The notes under the pieces are model-generated. The model saw only the letters and a list, made by a program, of their open reading frames with translations, was not told the origin of the DNA and made no database searches. Below are positions 11,172 to 19,619 of a DNA stretch of 64,000 nucleotides, in pieces. This DNA comes from Staphylococcus phage vB_Sau_P68. How positions within the stretch are numbered: position 1 is the first letter of the stretch; each line of letters opens with the position of its first letter. Both the position numbers and the translations under genes were made by a program. The stretch is taken from sequence record OL741057.1; one strand, 5' to 3'.

Positions 11172-11483
11172 TTACTTTAAGTATTTCTCTGTGCTTGTTA
11201 AAATTTCCTCTAAACTTTGTTTAATTTTATCACTATTTCTTAGTAAATAAATGTAGTATTCTTGTAATGAATCATAATACTCATAATCAATAGTTAATAT
11301 TTCTTGACCTTCTAAATATTTCTTAGTAATCTTACCTGCTTGTTCAGTTAATGTTTTGAATCTATCTAAAATTTGATTGATTGCAATTGCAGTTGATTTA
11401 CTTGTTACATCTACCTCTTGCGGGAATTTTTGTAATTCTACTTTCATTTCTGTGTGTACTGCTCTTAATTTACTTTGTGTCAT
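11172..11483 (-). CDS. hypothetical protein
   Basis: 103-aa ORF with a long hairpin (AAGCCUAC...GUAGGCUU) downstream at 11085-11135. Confidence 0.6.
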   Translation of the reverse strand: MTQSKLRAVHTEMKVELQKFPQEVDVTSKSTAIAINQILDRFKTLTEQAGKITKKYLEGQEILTIDYEYYDSLQEYYIYLLRNSDKIKQSLEEILTSTEKYLK

Positions 11484-11550
11484 TTTATATCTTCTCCTTT
11501 AATTTGTTATATCTTTATTATAATTTATTATTTTTAATTTGTCAATACTT

Positions 11551-11703
11551 TTATTCTAATTCTAAAGGCATTATGTGTAAATCTATATTATTACTACCAT
11601 TTACATATTCTATAGCATCTTGTAATTCTCTAAAAGCTTTAAAATTCATATTTGTTTCTTCTTCTGTACTCCCTCTTAAATCTATTACAATGTATATTTT
11701 CAT
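11551..11703 (-). CDS. small hypothetical protein (50 aa)
   Basis: Not in the ORF track (<60 aa). ATG at 11703 preceded by AAGAAGGAG on the minus strand; reads MKIYIVIDLRGSTEEETNMNFKAFRELQDAIEYVNGSNNIDLHIMPLELE. Confidence 0.4.
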   Translation of the reverse strand: MKIYIVIDLRGSTEEETNMNFKAFRELQDAIEYVNGSNNIDLHIMPLELE

Positions 11704-11718
11704 TTGTACTCCTTCTTA

Positions 11719-11913
11719 TTACATATATTTTAATGAGTAATAAACATCATTAATGATTAAACATGCTAAAAATTGAATTGATGTTATTACCACTAATGCT
11801 TTACTCATAGCTAGTGATTCATTTGTAACTGTGCCCTTACCATTTAATATACTTAATACAATAAATATAATACTTGATAGAATAAAATAACTATTTACTA
11901 TTGTTAATCCCAT
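11719..11913 (-). CDS. small membrane protein
   Basis: 64 aa with two hydrophobic segments. Confidence 0.5.
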   Translation of the reverse strand: MGLTIVNSYFILSSIIFIVLSILNGKGTVTNESLAMSKALVVITSIQFLACLIINDVYYSLKYM

Positions 11914-11925
11914 TATAACTCCTCC

Positions 11926-12387
11926 TTATTTAATTGTCAAGCCTTTATCATAATAATCTAAATCTAATGTTTTGTGTGTATCTGTAATGCCATTATAGTA
12001 TGTAGTTATTATTTTACCATCTTCTAGGTTAATAACTAAGTACTGATAACTACTTACTCCTTCTATAGTTACAATAGTAGGACTCTTAAAAATAATCCTT
12101 CTTTGTTTTTTACCATGAAAATCTGTAATATTAAATTCAATAACGTTAAAAGGTGCATTATTACTCTTAAATATAAATCCTACTAACTTACTAAAATTGA
12201 TTTCATTTTTAACTTTAGGTTTACAATGACTTGTTAGTTCTAAGTATTTATGTGTATCAATTGTATCTTGTAAAAGTTTAACACACTGCTTCTTTTCTTG
12301 TAAAGTCATTTGAGTATAATGCTTCTTCTTCTGTCTTGTACTGCTTGTAGTTCTTCTTTTTGACCAAAATGTACTCATATAATCCAT
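11926..12387 (-). CDS. hypothetical protein
   Basis: 153-aa ORF with AAGGAG RBS 7 nt upstream. Confidence 0.7.
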   Translation of the reverse strand: MDYMSTFWSKRRTTSSTRQKKKHYTQMTLQEKKQCVKLLQDTIDTHKYLELTSHCKPKVKNEINFSKLVGFIFKSNNAPFNVIEFNITDFHGKKQRRIIFKSPTIVTIEGVSSYQYLVINLEDGKIITTYYNGITDTHKTLDLDYYDKGLTIK

Positions 12388-12420
12388 CTCCTTATTTATT
12401 ATACCTTTAGTATATCAGCT

Positions 12421-12558
12421 TTAATATTCCTTGTCAACACCTTTATGTTTATTTTTTCTAGAATATTTTGTTTTATCTTTTTTGACTTGAGTTACCGGTT
12501 TTATTTTCCATGTTGCTCTTGTATTACTCATCTTACCAATTGTTTTTCTATTTGTCAA
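12421..12558 (-). CDS. very basic 45-aa peptide (TTG start)
   Basis: TTG at 12558 follows AAGGAGGG by 7 nt; MTNRKTIGKMSNTRATWKIKPVTQVKKDKTKYSRKNKHKGVDKEY. The track's longer TTG start at 12609 lacks an RBS. Confidence 0.3.
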   Translation of the reverse strand: MTNRKTIGKMSNTRATWKIKPVTQVKKDKTKYSRKNKHKGVDKEY

Positions 12559-12612
12559 GGATAATCCCTCCTTATTTATTATGATAGCATAACCCTTGAT
12601 ATTGGTCAAGGG

Positions 12613-13908
12613 TTATTTATAATTTTGTATATAGTCAATATAACTTATACTTTTTAGTGTATCACTTTTTTCCTGTTCTGTAGCTTCTCTAATATTGTAC
12701 CCTTTAACAGTGTTTCTTTTACCCTTAGCACAATCTACAATGGATGCTACATCTGAACTTATTCTTTTTGTCATCATATGCAAAGGCAACTTAATATCTT
12801 CTGAACCTTTAGTTGCTACATATACTTTAATTCTTTTATCTGTTATTGTTTTAGCTACTTCTGAAAAGTCTTCATCTTCATATCTCCAAAGATAACCACA
12901 TGATTGCTTTTTACTTCCTGATACACACCCTCTAATACTTGATGAAGGTAATCCTAAATTACTAAAGTATTCTTGTGCTTCTTTTAAAGTGTCAAATCTA
13001 ATTTCTTCTAGTGTCTTAATATTTAATCCTACTACAGGTTTAAATCTTTTCTTAACCCCTCTACGTTTCATTAAACCTTTAACATTACCAACACTCATAT
13101 TAAATTTATTTGCAGTTTCTTCTGAAGAGTGTTCTTTATAGAATTCTATAATCTCTTTTTCATTTTCTTTATATTTTGTAAACAGTTCTATTCTCTCAGT
13201 ATAATTTAAATTAATTTCTAAGAACGAACTTATAGTATTTAATATGTCCTTTTTGTCCTCATTAGGATAATAGATATATAGTAACTTTATGTTATTATCT
13301 TTACAGTATTTTTCTTTTAGTGAATCTAGCTCTTGTATCTTTTCTAAGGGCGTACTCCATGTTCCAGTAGCTTGTTTAATATGTTGTTGCCCCATATATT
13401 CAATAGCATATTTATTACCATTTAATTCTATATAAAAATCTAATCTTTGTGGTCTCTCTAATCCTGTGTAGATAGATTTTTCACATATAAATTCGATACC
13501 ATTTTCTTTAAGTATAGTCTGTATAATTCTCTCTCCGATACTTTTCATATGGTCTTGAGGACAATTATTATTAGTATTGTTCTCAAAACTATTCCATATA
13601 ACATCCCATTTATTCCCTTGCGGTGATAGTAGTAAACATCTCTTTGTTGATTGCAGATTTTCAGGGTAGTTTATAATACTATACCCTCTACTTTTAGCGT
13701 AAGAAGAAAAATATTTCTTTTTACCTTCTTCTGTAAGTTGTGTTAGTCTTATTTGTTTTAAGTTATTTAAGTTATTGTAGGACACGTAACATTCACAACC
13801 TTTAAATTTACCTTCCAAAACAACACCTAAATGTTTTGTATCTTTTGCTCTACCTCTATATTCTACGATTTTTATATTTTTTTCTTTTGCTAATTTTTCA
13901 ATTTCCAT
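12613..13908 (-). CDS. free-standing homing endonuclease-like protein: Vsr/EDxHD-like nuclease core plus two NUMOD-like DNA-binding motifs
   Basis: 431 aa. Central RLDFYIELNGNKYAIEYMGQQH matches the DUF559/Vsr-type PD-(D/E)XK motif and is also present in the 40945 ORF. Two helix-turn-helix repeats end in GN-K-G/GYLWRY (NUMOD-type). Own promoter (TTGACA-17-TATCAT) and RBS GAAGAGGTG. A strong hairpin terminator follows the stop. Confidence 0.7.
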   Translation of the reverse strand: MEIEKLAKEKNIKIVEYRGRAKDTKHLGVVLEGKFKGCECYVSYNNLNNLKQIRLTQLTEEGKKKYFSSYAKSRGYSIINYPENLQSTKRCLLLSPQGNKWDVIWNSFENNTNNNCPQDHMKSIGERIIQTILKENGIEFICEKSIYTGLERPQRLDFYIELNGNKYAIEYMGQQHIKQATGTWSTPLEKIQELDSLKEKYCKDNNIKLLYIYYPNEDKKDILNTISSFLEINLNYTERIELFTKYKENEKEIIEFYKEHSSEETANKFNMSVGNVKGLMKRRGVKKRFKPVVGLNIKTLEEIRFDTLKEAQEYFSNLGLPSSSIRGCVSGSKKQSCGYLWRYEDEDFSEVAKTITDKRIKVYVATKGSEDIKLPLHMMTKRISSDVASIVDCAKGKRNTVKGYNIREATEQEKSDTLKSISYIDYIQNYK

Positions 13909-13967
13909 ATTAAAACACCTCTTCTATTAAAGTATATACTAATGATACTATATCATTAGTCTTTTGT

Positions 13968-14000
13968 CAATAGAAAAGACCTAACTTTTATTGTTAGGTC
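13968..14000 (-). terminator. rho-independent terminator after tail tube exon 3
   Basis: Minus strand AGACCUAAC-AAUAAAA-GUUAGGUCU followed by UUUUCUAUU. Confidence 0.7.
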
Positions 14001-14023
14001 TATATTCTATAATAAATACGAAC

Positions 14024-14062
14024 TTATGTTCTGGCTTTATCTGATGCGGTCAAGTACGAAAA
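14024..14062 (-). CDS. tail tube protein, exon 3 (FSYLTASDKART*)
   Basis: Minus strand UUU UCG UAC UUG ACC GCA UCA GAU AAA GCC AGA ACA UAA, directly preceded by an intron-terminal G (AAAUCG|). It continues the tail tube reading frame. Confidence 0.8.
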   Translation of the reverse strand, partial: FSYLTASDKART

Positions 14063-14450
14063 CGATTTATTTATTTACAAACGCTACTTTGTAAACCTGT
14101 GTTATTTCACATGCACTAGCTTTCACTACGTGACTAGACTATTTGTTATCCCTAATTAGTAGGGCAAGGATTTTTCTTCTCCCAATAGCTTGGAGCTTTA
14201 CTCTCATCTTATAATGAGATAGTCGTTGAACGTTCCTCTTATGATTTACTATCACTTAGAGTATTCGATGCTATACACCCATTGTACTTCTCCTTAGGAT
14301 TTAACCTTAGAGTATCTCAATCATTTTTTCTACTTTCGTAACCTTCTAGTTTATTGTTTCCAATTCCTATGTGGTTGATTGAGCTTTAGAAGTTTCATAG
14401 CAGTTAACCCTTAATACTCACAGATTACTCTATGAGCAGAGTGTAAAATT
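14063..14450 (-). other. group I intron 2 in tail tube gene (ORF-less, ~385-388 nt)
   Basis: Minus-strand R element GUUCAACGACUA (plus 14222-14233) and S element AAAUAGUCUAG (plus 14137-14147) form P7 (GACUA/UAGUC). P-like AAUUGGAAAC and Q-like AAAUCCUAAGG, plus P8/P9 hairpins. Terminal G at 14063. The 5' boundary is ambiguous within 14448-14451. Confidence 0.75.
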
Positions 14451-14501
14451 CTCAATTTCCTCTGTCACTATTTCATTGGTCTGCCACGTCTCGTTATAGT
14501 T
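14451..14501 (-). CDS. tail tube protein, exon 2 (NYNETWQTNEIVTEEIE[N])
   Basis: Minus strand AAC UAU AAC GAG ACG UGG CAG ACC AAU GAA AUA GUG ACA GAG GAA AUU GAG, preceded by intron-1 terminal G at 14502. The exon may extend 3 nt (AAU) to 14448, which would satisfy the U-before-5'-splice-site rule. Confidence 0.8.
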
Positions 14502-14834
14502 CACTTATACCCTATCTCTCGATATATTTAAAGGGGTTAGACTGTCCCATGTCCCTTATTTATAAGGTGACTACCTATTACAGTCGTTGAAGCTTCCCAC
14601 TCTCGTAGGCTTGCCTGCGGATTTCCTATTAATTGAGTACTTAGGACATTAATAATGTGTCGCTAGTTATTAATGCTTTTATCTCACCGTATACTATCCA
14701 ATTAATTTTTTCTGATTTCTCAACATTCACGCTTACTTTTTCAAGTTACGTTGTAGTTTAATTGGCTTTAAGGTGTTCCCGCAATTTCAGGTATTATTCG
14801 ACTATACATTACTGTATAGAAGCAACAATTATTT
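14502..14834 (-). other. group I intron 1 in tail tube gene (ORF-less, 333 nt)
   Basis: Minus strand P element AAAUUGCGGGAAC (plus 14777-14789) pairs with Q element AAUCCGCAGGC (plus ~14604-14614) to give P4. R-like UUCAACGACUGU and S-like GGGACAGUCUAACC give a 6-bp P7 (GACUGU/ACAGUC). P2 hairpin CUAUACA-GUAA-UGUAUAG. The 5' splice site follows U (GCCAAU|) and the intron ends with G. Confidence 0.8.
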
Positions 14835-15173
14835 ATTGGCACTACATCCGTGGTAACTAATGATAACTTGTTTAGTTAAATTATCTACTACTAAGATATC
14901 AATGATATCTTTCTTAAGAATTTCTTCACCAAGTGAAGCATATCCTAAATCTGCAAAGTTTTCTTTTTTCATACGTAAACGTTCTACTGTAATTGTACCT
15001 TCATAACGTAAGTATACGTGTTCTTGAGGCATGATAGAACCGATTTCGTATACACCAGTTGTACCGTATTCACGAGTACCTGATGCTGATTGTGCTCTTC
15101 CTACCGGTTTACCTTTAATCATAAGTAAGACGGTATTACCAGTATGGACGGTTTGTTTAGCTTCTGATGCCAT
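14835..15173 (-). CDS. tail tube protein, exon 1 (113 codons, MASEAKQ...SYHGCSAN)
   Basis: ORF immediately downstream of the tail sheath gene with RBS AGGAGAG. The apparent 114-aa ORF ends with 2 intron-encoded codons (K*). Joined exons give 142-143 aa, the tail-tube length I recall for Twort-like phages. Confidence 0.85.
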
Positions 15174-15245
15174 CTGTATTCACTCTCCTAAAGTATTCAA
15201 ATTATATTAATAGGAGTACCCAATCTAGGTACTCCATAACCTAGA

Positions 15246-17009
15246 TTAGGCTTGTAATGTTTGTTGCTTGTAAACCAAGCTAACAGAGATTTTCTTGAAG
15301 CTTCTGATTGGGTAAACTGTCATTGAAATTCTTGCTTTGTTACCTTCAACAATAACTTGTACGTCTTCAGCAGGGAAGTCTTGAATTTCATTATCACGTT
15401 TCTTACGACCCAAGTAAGATTGGATAAAGTCTTTAATGATTGAAGCACTTGTATTGATAGTACGAGTACCAATGAATTGGTCTTCAAGTTGAACTTTAAG
15501 CTCACTTACTAAGAAGTCATTAGCTTCCCCAACAGCCATCTCAGCCTTAACTGGGTCTGACTTATCGTTGAATGTAGTTACGTCATCAACGATTCTGAAG
15601 AATGTATTAGTACGGTTACGAACAAACTCGATACTAATAATACCATTTTCATTTAATTCATCTAAATCAATTGACTCGTATACTTGGTCTAACGCACTTA
15701 CACGTAATGGTTTGAAAGTGATTGATTCACCGATTTCTAAACCACTTGCAAGACCACCTAAAGCTACAGCTACCATATAAGCAGGTACGTGGTTTTTACG
15801 TCCATCATCCATAACAAAAGTACCTGAGTTAGCTACTAATGATACACGAGGATTAGATAATGATGCTTGTCTACCGAACAACTGTTCTTTAGATTCATTA
15901 AATCCTCCGCCAACAATAGCTCTCATTGGTTCTCCTGCGTCAGAACGTTCTTTAACGAAAGCAGATACCTCTGCATGAACTGATTGTTTAGATGATAATG
16001 GGACAATGTAGTATCCGCCTTCATGTGCAAATTTCTCTAATTTATCTGCCCATGTAGCAGGTGGTTCACCGTTAGTACCGCCTTTTAACTTAGTTAATTC
16101 GAAAGGCTCAATAGTTCTAATAGGTGAAGTAGCTGTTACTGTAGCTGATTCTTCTCCTGCTTCAACCTCTACATTACTTGGTACTTCTCCTTCTGCATTA
16201 AGTTGCTCGAAAGATACAATACCATTATAAGCTGTTTGTTTTTCTAAGTCACCGAAGACTGCTTTAACGTATACAGCTTTATCTTTAATATTTACATCTG
16301 ATGCTTTATCTAATTTACTAGATTCTAAGTTTTTATCTCCGAAAGGTGATAACTTAGCTTCAAAATCAGGTAATTGATTAATGTCTGTAATAATAGCGTT
16401 AGTATAGTCATAAGCACCGCTAGTTAAGTCATATGATTTAACTTCTTGGTCTCCGACTTTTAATACCAAACGACTTGCTTTTTGAGTTTCTTCATCATGT
16501 TCTACAGAGAAAGTTGCGTTAGCTTCTTCTCCTTTGTACTTGATTGTGAAGATATTACCGATATTATCATAAACTTCATTGAAACGGTCATCTTGGAAAA
16601 TTACTCTTAAACGTAATGAATCACTTAATGTATTCTTTTCCAATCCTACTTGAATGTTATTAGCAACATTACCGTAGATTTGAGATGTTATTTTTAATCC
16701 GCCAGCTTCTACTGAAGCAGGTTTAGCATCCTCAGTACGCATAGCTAAAATCTTACCTGCTGTATAGTTAGGGTTAGAACCCCATGCTAATTCAATTGCA
16801 TCAAGTAATTCTCCTGAACGGAATAAACGTTTAGCTTGTGCATAGTTACGTAATTCATAAACTGTATTTGGTTCTCCGCCTTCTGCTGAACCGATTAAGC
16901 AAAATACTTTTTCACTTGAACCTGCTGAGCCACCGATACCTGAAGTATCTACTTCAATAGATGCATGAGGGCGGGTAATAGGTCTTCTTGGGAATGGTTC
17001 TACTGCCAT
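15246..17009 (-). CDS. tail sheath protein
   Basis: 587 aa. Immediately upstream of the tail tube gene, separated by a GGAGUACC...GGUACUCC hairpin. The size matches what I recall for the Kayvirus sheath protein. Confidence 0.85.
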   Translation of the reverse strand: MAVEPFPRRPITRPHASIEVDTSGIGGSAGSSEKVFCLIGSAEGGEPNTVYELRNYAQAKRLFRSGELLDAIELAWGSNPNYTAGKILAMRTEDAKPASVEAGGLKITSQIYGNVANNIQVGLEKNTLSDSLRLRVIFQDDRFNEVYDNIGNIFTIKYKGEEANATFSVEHDEETQKASRLVLKVGDQEVKSYDLTSGAYDYTNAIITDINQLPDFEAKLSPFGDKNLESSKLDKASDVNIKDKAVYVKAVFGDLEKQTAYNGIVSFEQLNAEGEVPSNVEVEAGEESATVTATSPIRTIEPFELTKLKGGTNGEPPATWADKLEKFAHEGGYYIVPLSSKQSVHAEVSAFVKERSDAGEPMRAIVGGGFNESKEQLFGRQASLSNPRVSLVANSGTFVMDDGRKNHVPAYMVAVALGGLASGLEIGESITFKPLRVSALDQVYESIDLDELNENGIISIEFVRNRTNTFFRIVDDVTTFNDKSDPVKAEMAVGEANDFLVSELKVQLEDQFIGTRTINTSASIIKDFIQSYLGRKKRDNEIQDFPAEDVQVIVEGNKARISMTVYPIRSFKKISVSLVYKQQTLQA

Positions 17010-17035
17010 ATTTAATTCTCCTTATCTGAATGTTA

Positions 17036-17251
17036 TTATATATCTAATTTCCTACCTAAGTACTTCTCTAATGAGGGTAAGAATTCTTGCTCACTAAACA
17101 AATAATGACTACCTTCCATATAAGCTTTAAATCCTGCTACTTGTGAATCCCTCATATTAAAAAGGGTTTTTGCAGTATCAAGGAATGTATCTATATGAAC
17201 ATAACCATTAAATTTAGGAGTGTTATTTTCAGGTGTCTTTTTTCTAGCCAT
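17036..17251 (-). CDS. hypothetical protein
   Basis: 71-aa ORF between structural genes. Confidence 0.55.
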   Translation of the reverse strand: MARKKTPENNTPKFNGYVHIDTFLDTAKTLFNMRDSQVAGFKAYMEGSHYLFSEQEFLPSLEKYLGRKLDI

Positions 17252-17252
17252 C

Positions 17253-18089
17253 CTACTTCCAATCCTTTCTTTCTTTAAAAGTTAGTTTATTAATATCTTG
17301 TGTAATAGTATAATCCAAGTCTAGAGAACTTGTGTACTTAATAATTGTTGGTCTCCCAAAAATCATTGAGTCACCTTCTTCTATTATTGGAGCAATATCA
17401 CCAAAGGACAAATTCTGTAATTGGAATGTTTGTTGCTCTTCTATACTATCTCTCATAGATATTAAAATCATTTTTAATACAGCATCTAAACATCGTGCAA
17501 CATCTACATTAAATGATAGACCTACAACTGTTACTTGTTCTTCAACTGTGAATCCTTTTACTAAACCTTTTGAATCATTTTTCTTTTCAGTAAAGATAAT
17601 GTTAGCATTATAATTCTCATAATCTTCATTAGTTTGGTATCTAAAGGATACTTTATTACCTTCTACTTTAAGATTATCAAATTTTGCAAATTCAATATCT
17701 TCTACTTTTATTAACTCTCCTATAGGTTTAGAAACAGTAAAAACTAACTTATCATCTTCTCTTATTGCTGTAGAAGATTCGACTAAGGTATCTCCTGTTG
17801 CCTCAAAGTAAGATGACTGAATACTCCCTAGAGAGTTTTTTGTCTCTTGTCCTTGACCTAACTGTATCAAGTAATGAGCTTCATAGTTATTTTTAAATTT
17901 TGGGAAGTTAAATCCTACCGTTACTTCATGTTGTGCATTTTTACCACAGAAAGCTTCTTTAAAGCTCTCTCTAGTTTGATAATCAAAGTCTTTTAAAACT
18001 TCATCTATAATATAACAATTCTCTAGCACAGTGTTAAGTCTAGGCTTTATTTCTGATAATAAATATGAATCAACTGATGTTATTGCCAT
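17253..18089 (-). CDS. conserved virion morphogenesis protein
   Basis: 278-aa ORF in the head-tail joining region. Confidence 0.7.
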   Translation of the reverse strand: MAITSVDSYLLSEIKPRLNTVLENCYIIDEVLKDFDYQTRESFKEAFCGKNAQHEVTVGFNFPKFKNNYEAHYLIQLGQGQETKNSLGSIQSSYFEATGDTLVESSTAIREDDKLVFTVSKPIGELIKVEDIEFAKFDNLKVEGNKVSFRYQTNEDYENYNANIIFTEKKNDSKGLVKGFTVEEQVTVVGLSFNVDVARCLDAVLKMILISMRDSIEEQQTFQLQNLSFGDIAPIIEEGDSMIFGRPTIIKYTSSLDLDYTITQDINKLTFKERKDWK

Positions 18090-18107
18090 TTAATACTAAC
18101 CCTCCTT

Positions 18108-18728
18108 TTAATTTAAATTTTTCATCTTCCAGTTCATTAGTTGCTTAACAGTTTTTAAAGTTGTTTTAGAGAAATTATTCTCATTAACTTTATCTCTATT
18201 AAGTATCCATGAATTAGCAGGTGATTTACTAGAAACAGTTCTAAATATAAAGTAAGAAGATTTCTTTCCTCTTTTAACTTTAGTCATGTTGTGAGTCATA
18301 GGTTCCGGTTTCATTGATGGGTGACTTACATTCTTTCTACGTCCTTCTAGATAATCAGTTATCTTAGAAGCTGAACCTGTGCCTTGATTTACTTTTAGTT
18401 TTCTCATATCTTGATAAGTACTATTATTCATTCTACTAGTTTTAATACGGATTGGTACAGTTAAATACCATCCTCCGTCTTTACTAGTTTTCTTTTTAGA
18501 TGAACGAGCAAATGCTTTTTTAAGGTCTACTACGCCTTCTTTTTCTAGCTTTTTCTCTGTTATTTGTATATAAGTAGGCATACGCTTAATACTAGTATTC
18601 TCTACTTGCTGTGCTGTTGCTTGTAGCTTGTCAAGAACTTCTGAACGCATACCATCAATAGTTCTCTTACCTACCTGCTTATAGTTCTTATTTTTAAATA
18701 AGTTAGGTCTCTTTCCGTGAACTGGCAT
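18108..18728 (-). CDS. conserved virion morphogenesis protein
   Basis: 206-aa basic ORF. Confidence 0.7.
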   Translation of the reverse strand: MPVHGKRPNLFKNKNYKQVGKRTIDGMRSEVLDKLQATAQQVENTSIKRMPTYIQITEKKLEKEGVVDLKKAFARSSKKKTSKDGGWYLTVPIRIKTSRMNNSTYQDMRKLKVNQGTGSASKITDYLEGRRKNVSHPSMKPEPMTHNMTKVKRGKKSSYFIFRTVSSKSPANSWILNRDKVNENNFSKTTLKTVKQLMNWKMKNLN

Positions 18729-19606
18729 TATTTAAATGCACCTCCGAAGAATCCACCTAAATTACTAGGGTTAGATGCTGAAGCTTTAGGGTCATCTACT
18801 TTAATTTCTAGGTCTTCTTCTATACCATCATTAACTTTATAAGGGTCTTGTAGTACAATAACATCTTCCCTTTTAAGAAGTAATTTTTGAGGTAAATTTT
18901 CAAATTTTGATTTAGGTTGATTAAACTTAGTATACTGATAACGACTTTCTTTTAGTATATCTGATACTACATATCTTAAAGTCATAAGTATCTTTAATGT
19001 AACTGTATGGCTCTCATATTTTTCATTTAAATACAATCTGTTATTCTTAATTTCATAGTCTTCTTCGTAGACTGTACCGTCTTGAGTGGCTATATAAGTT
19101 ACTTCTTTTACATCGTAGTATAATGGTATACCTTTTCTAATTCTATCTTTATTTACAAAATAAATCATTTGTTGGGGCATTAACACTTCAGGAACAGTAA
19201 ATCTATCTCTATAGGATATTCTCTTTTCTAATTGAGTTGTACCTAATGCAGTACCTGTATCTAATATCCCTATATCTAATTGGTTAGTTCCTTTCTCTTG
19301 AGACTGTATTGCCATTATAGTCTCTTTAGGAGGTAAATAAGCAATACCTTTACCATGACATCTAGGACAATCTACTCTAGGATGTCCTGTGTCAGGGTTA
19401 AGGCACGGGCAGAAATATGCTTCTTCCCATAGTACTTTTATGCCTCGGTCATTAATAAACCTAATCATATCAATAGTATCAAACTCTAGTCTAGTAGTAT
19501 ACTTAGGTTTATCTTGTTCATCTACTTGTGTTGTAGTAGTGTATGTTGTTGACTCATTAATAATATTAGGGTTAGAGTTGGCTCCTATCATATATGGTTT
19601 TTCCAT
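18728..19606 (-). CDS. conserved structural protein with Cys4 zinc-ribbon-like motif
   Basis: 292 aa; CPCLNPDTGHPRVDCPRCHGKG. Confidence 0.7.
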   Translation of the reverse strand: MEKPYMIGANSNPNIINESTTYTTTTQVDEQDKPKYTTRLEFDTIDMIRFINDRGIKVLWEEAYFCPCLNPDTGHPRVDCPRCHGKGIAYLPPKETIMAIQSQEKGTNQLDIGILDTGTALGTTQLEKRISYRDRFTVPEVLMPQQMIYFVNKDRIRKGIPLYYDVKEVTYIATQDGTVYEEDYEIKNNRLYLNEKYESHTVTLKILMTLRYVVSDILKESRYQYTKFNQPKSKFENLPQKLLLKREDVIVLQDPYKVNDGIEEDLEIKVDDPKASASNPSNLGGFFGGAFK

Positions 19607-19619
19607 TTTCTAACCCTCC

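Noticed and set aside
12613-14834. Single large group I intron containing the 431-aa endonuclease ORF
   Set aside because: Exon 3 with its stop codon and a strong terminator (13968-14000) lie between the second intron and the endonuclease ORF, which has its own promoter. The endonuclease is free-standing.
14829-15173. Tail tube gene read as a simple truncated 114-aa ORF or pseudogene
   Set aside because: Correctly phased downstream exons encoding the missing C-terminal 29-30 residues, plus group I core elements in the intervening sequence, show the gene is intact but spliced.
15174-15245. Sheath-tube intergenic hairpin (GGAGUACC...GGUACUCC) as a novel regulatory element
   Set aside because: This is a common arrangement that balances sheath and tube transcript levels. 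It lacks a U-run and more likely acts as a stabilising or attenuating stem.
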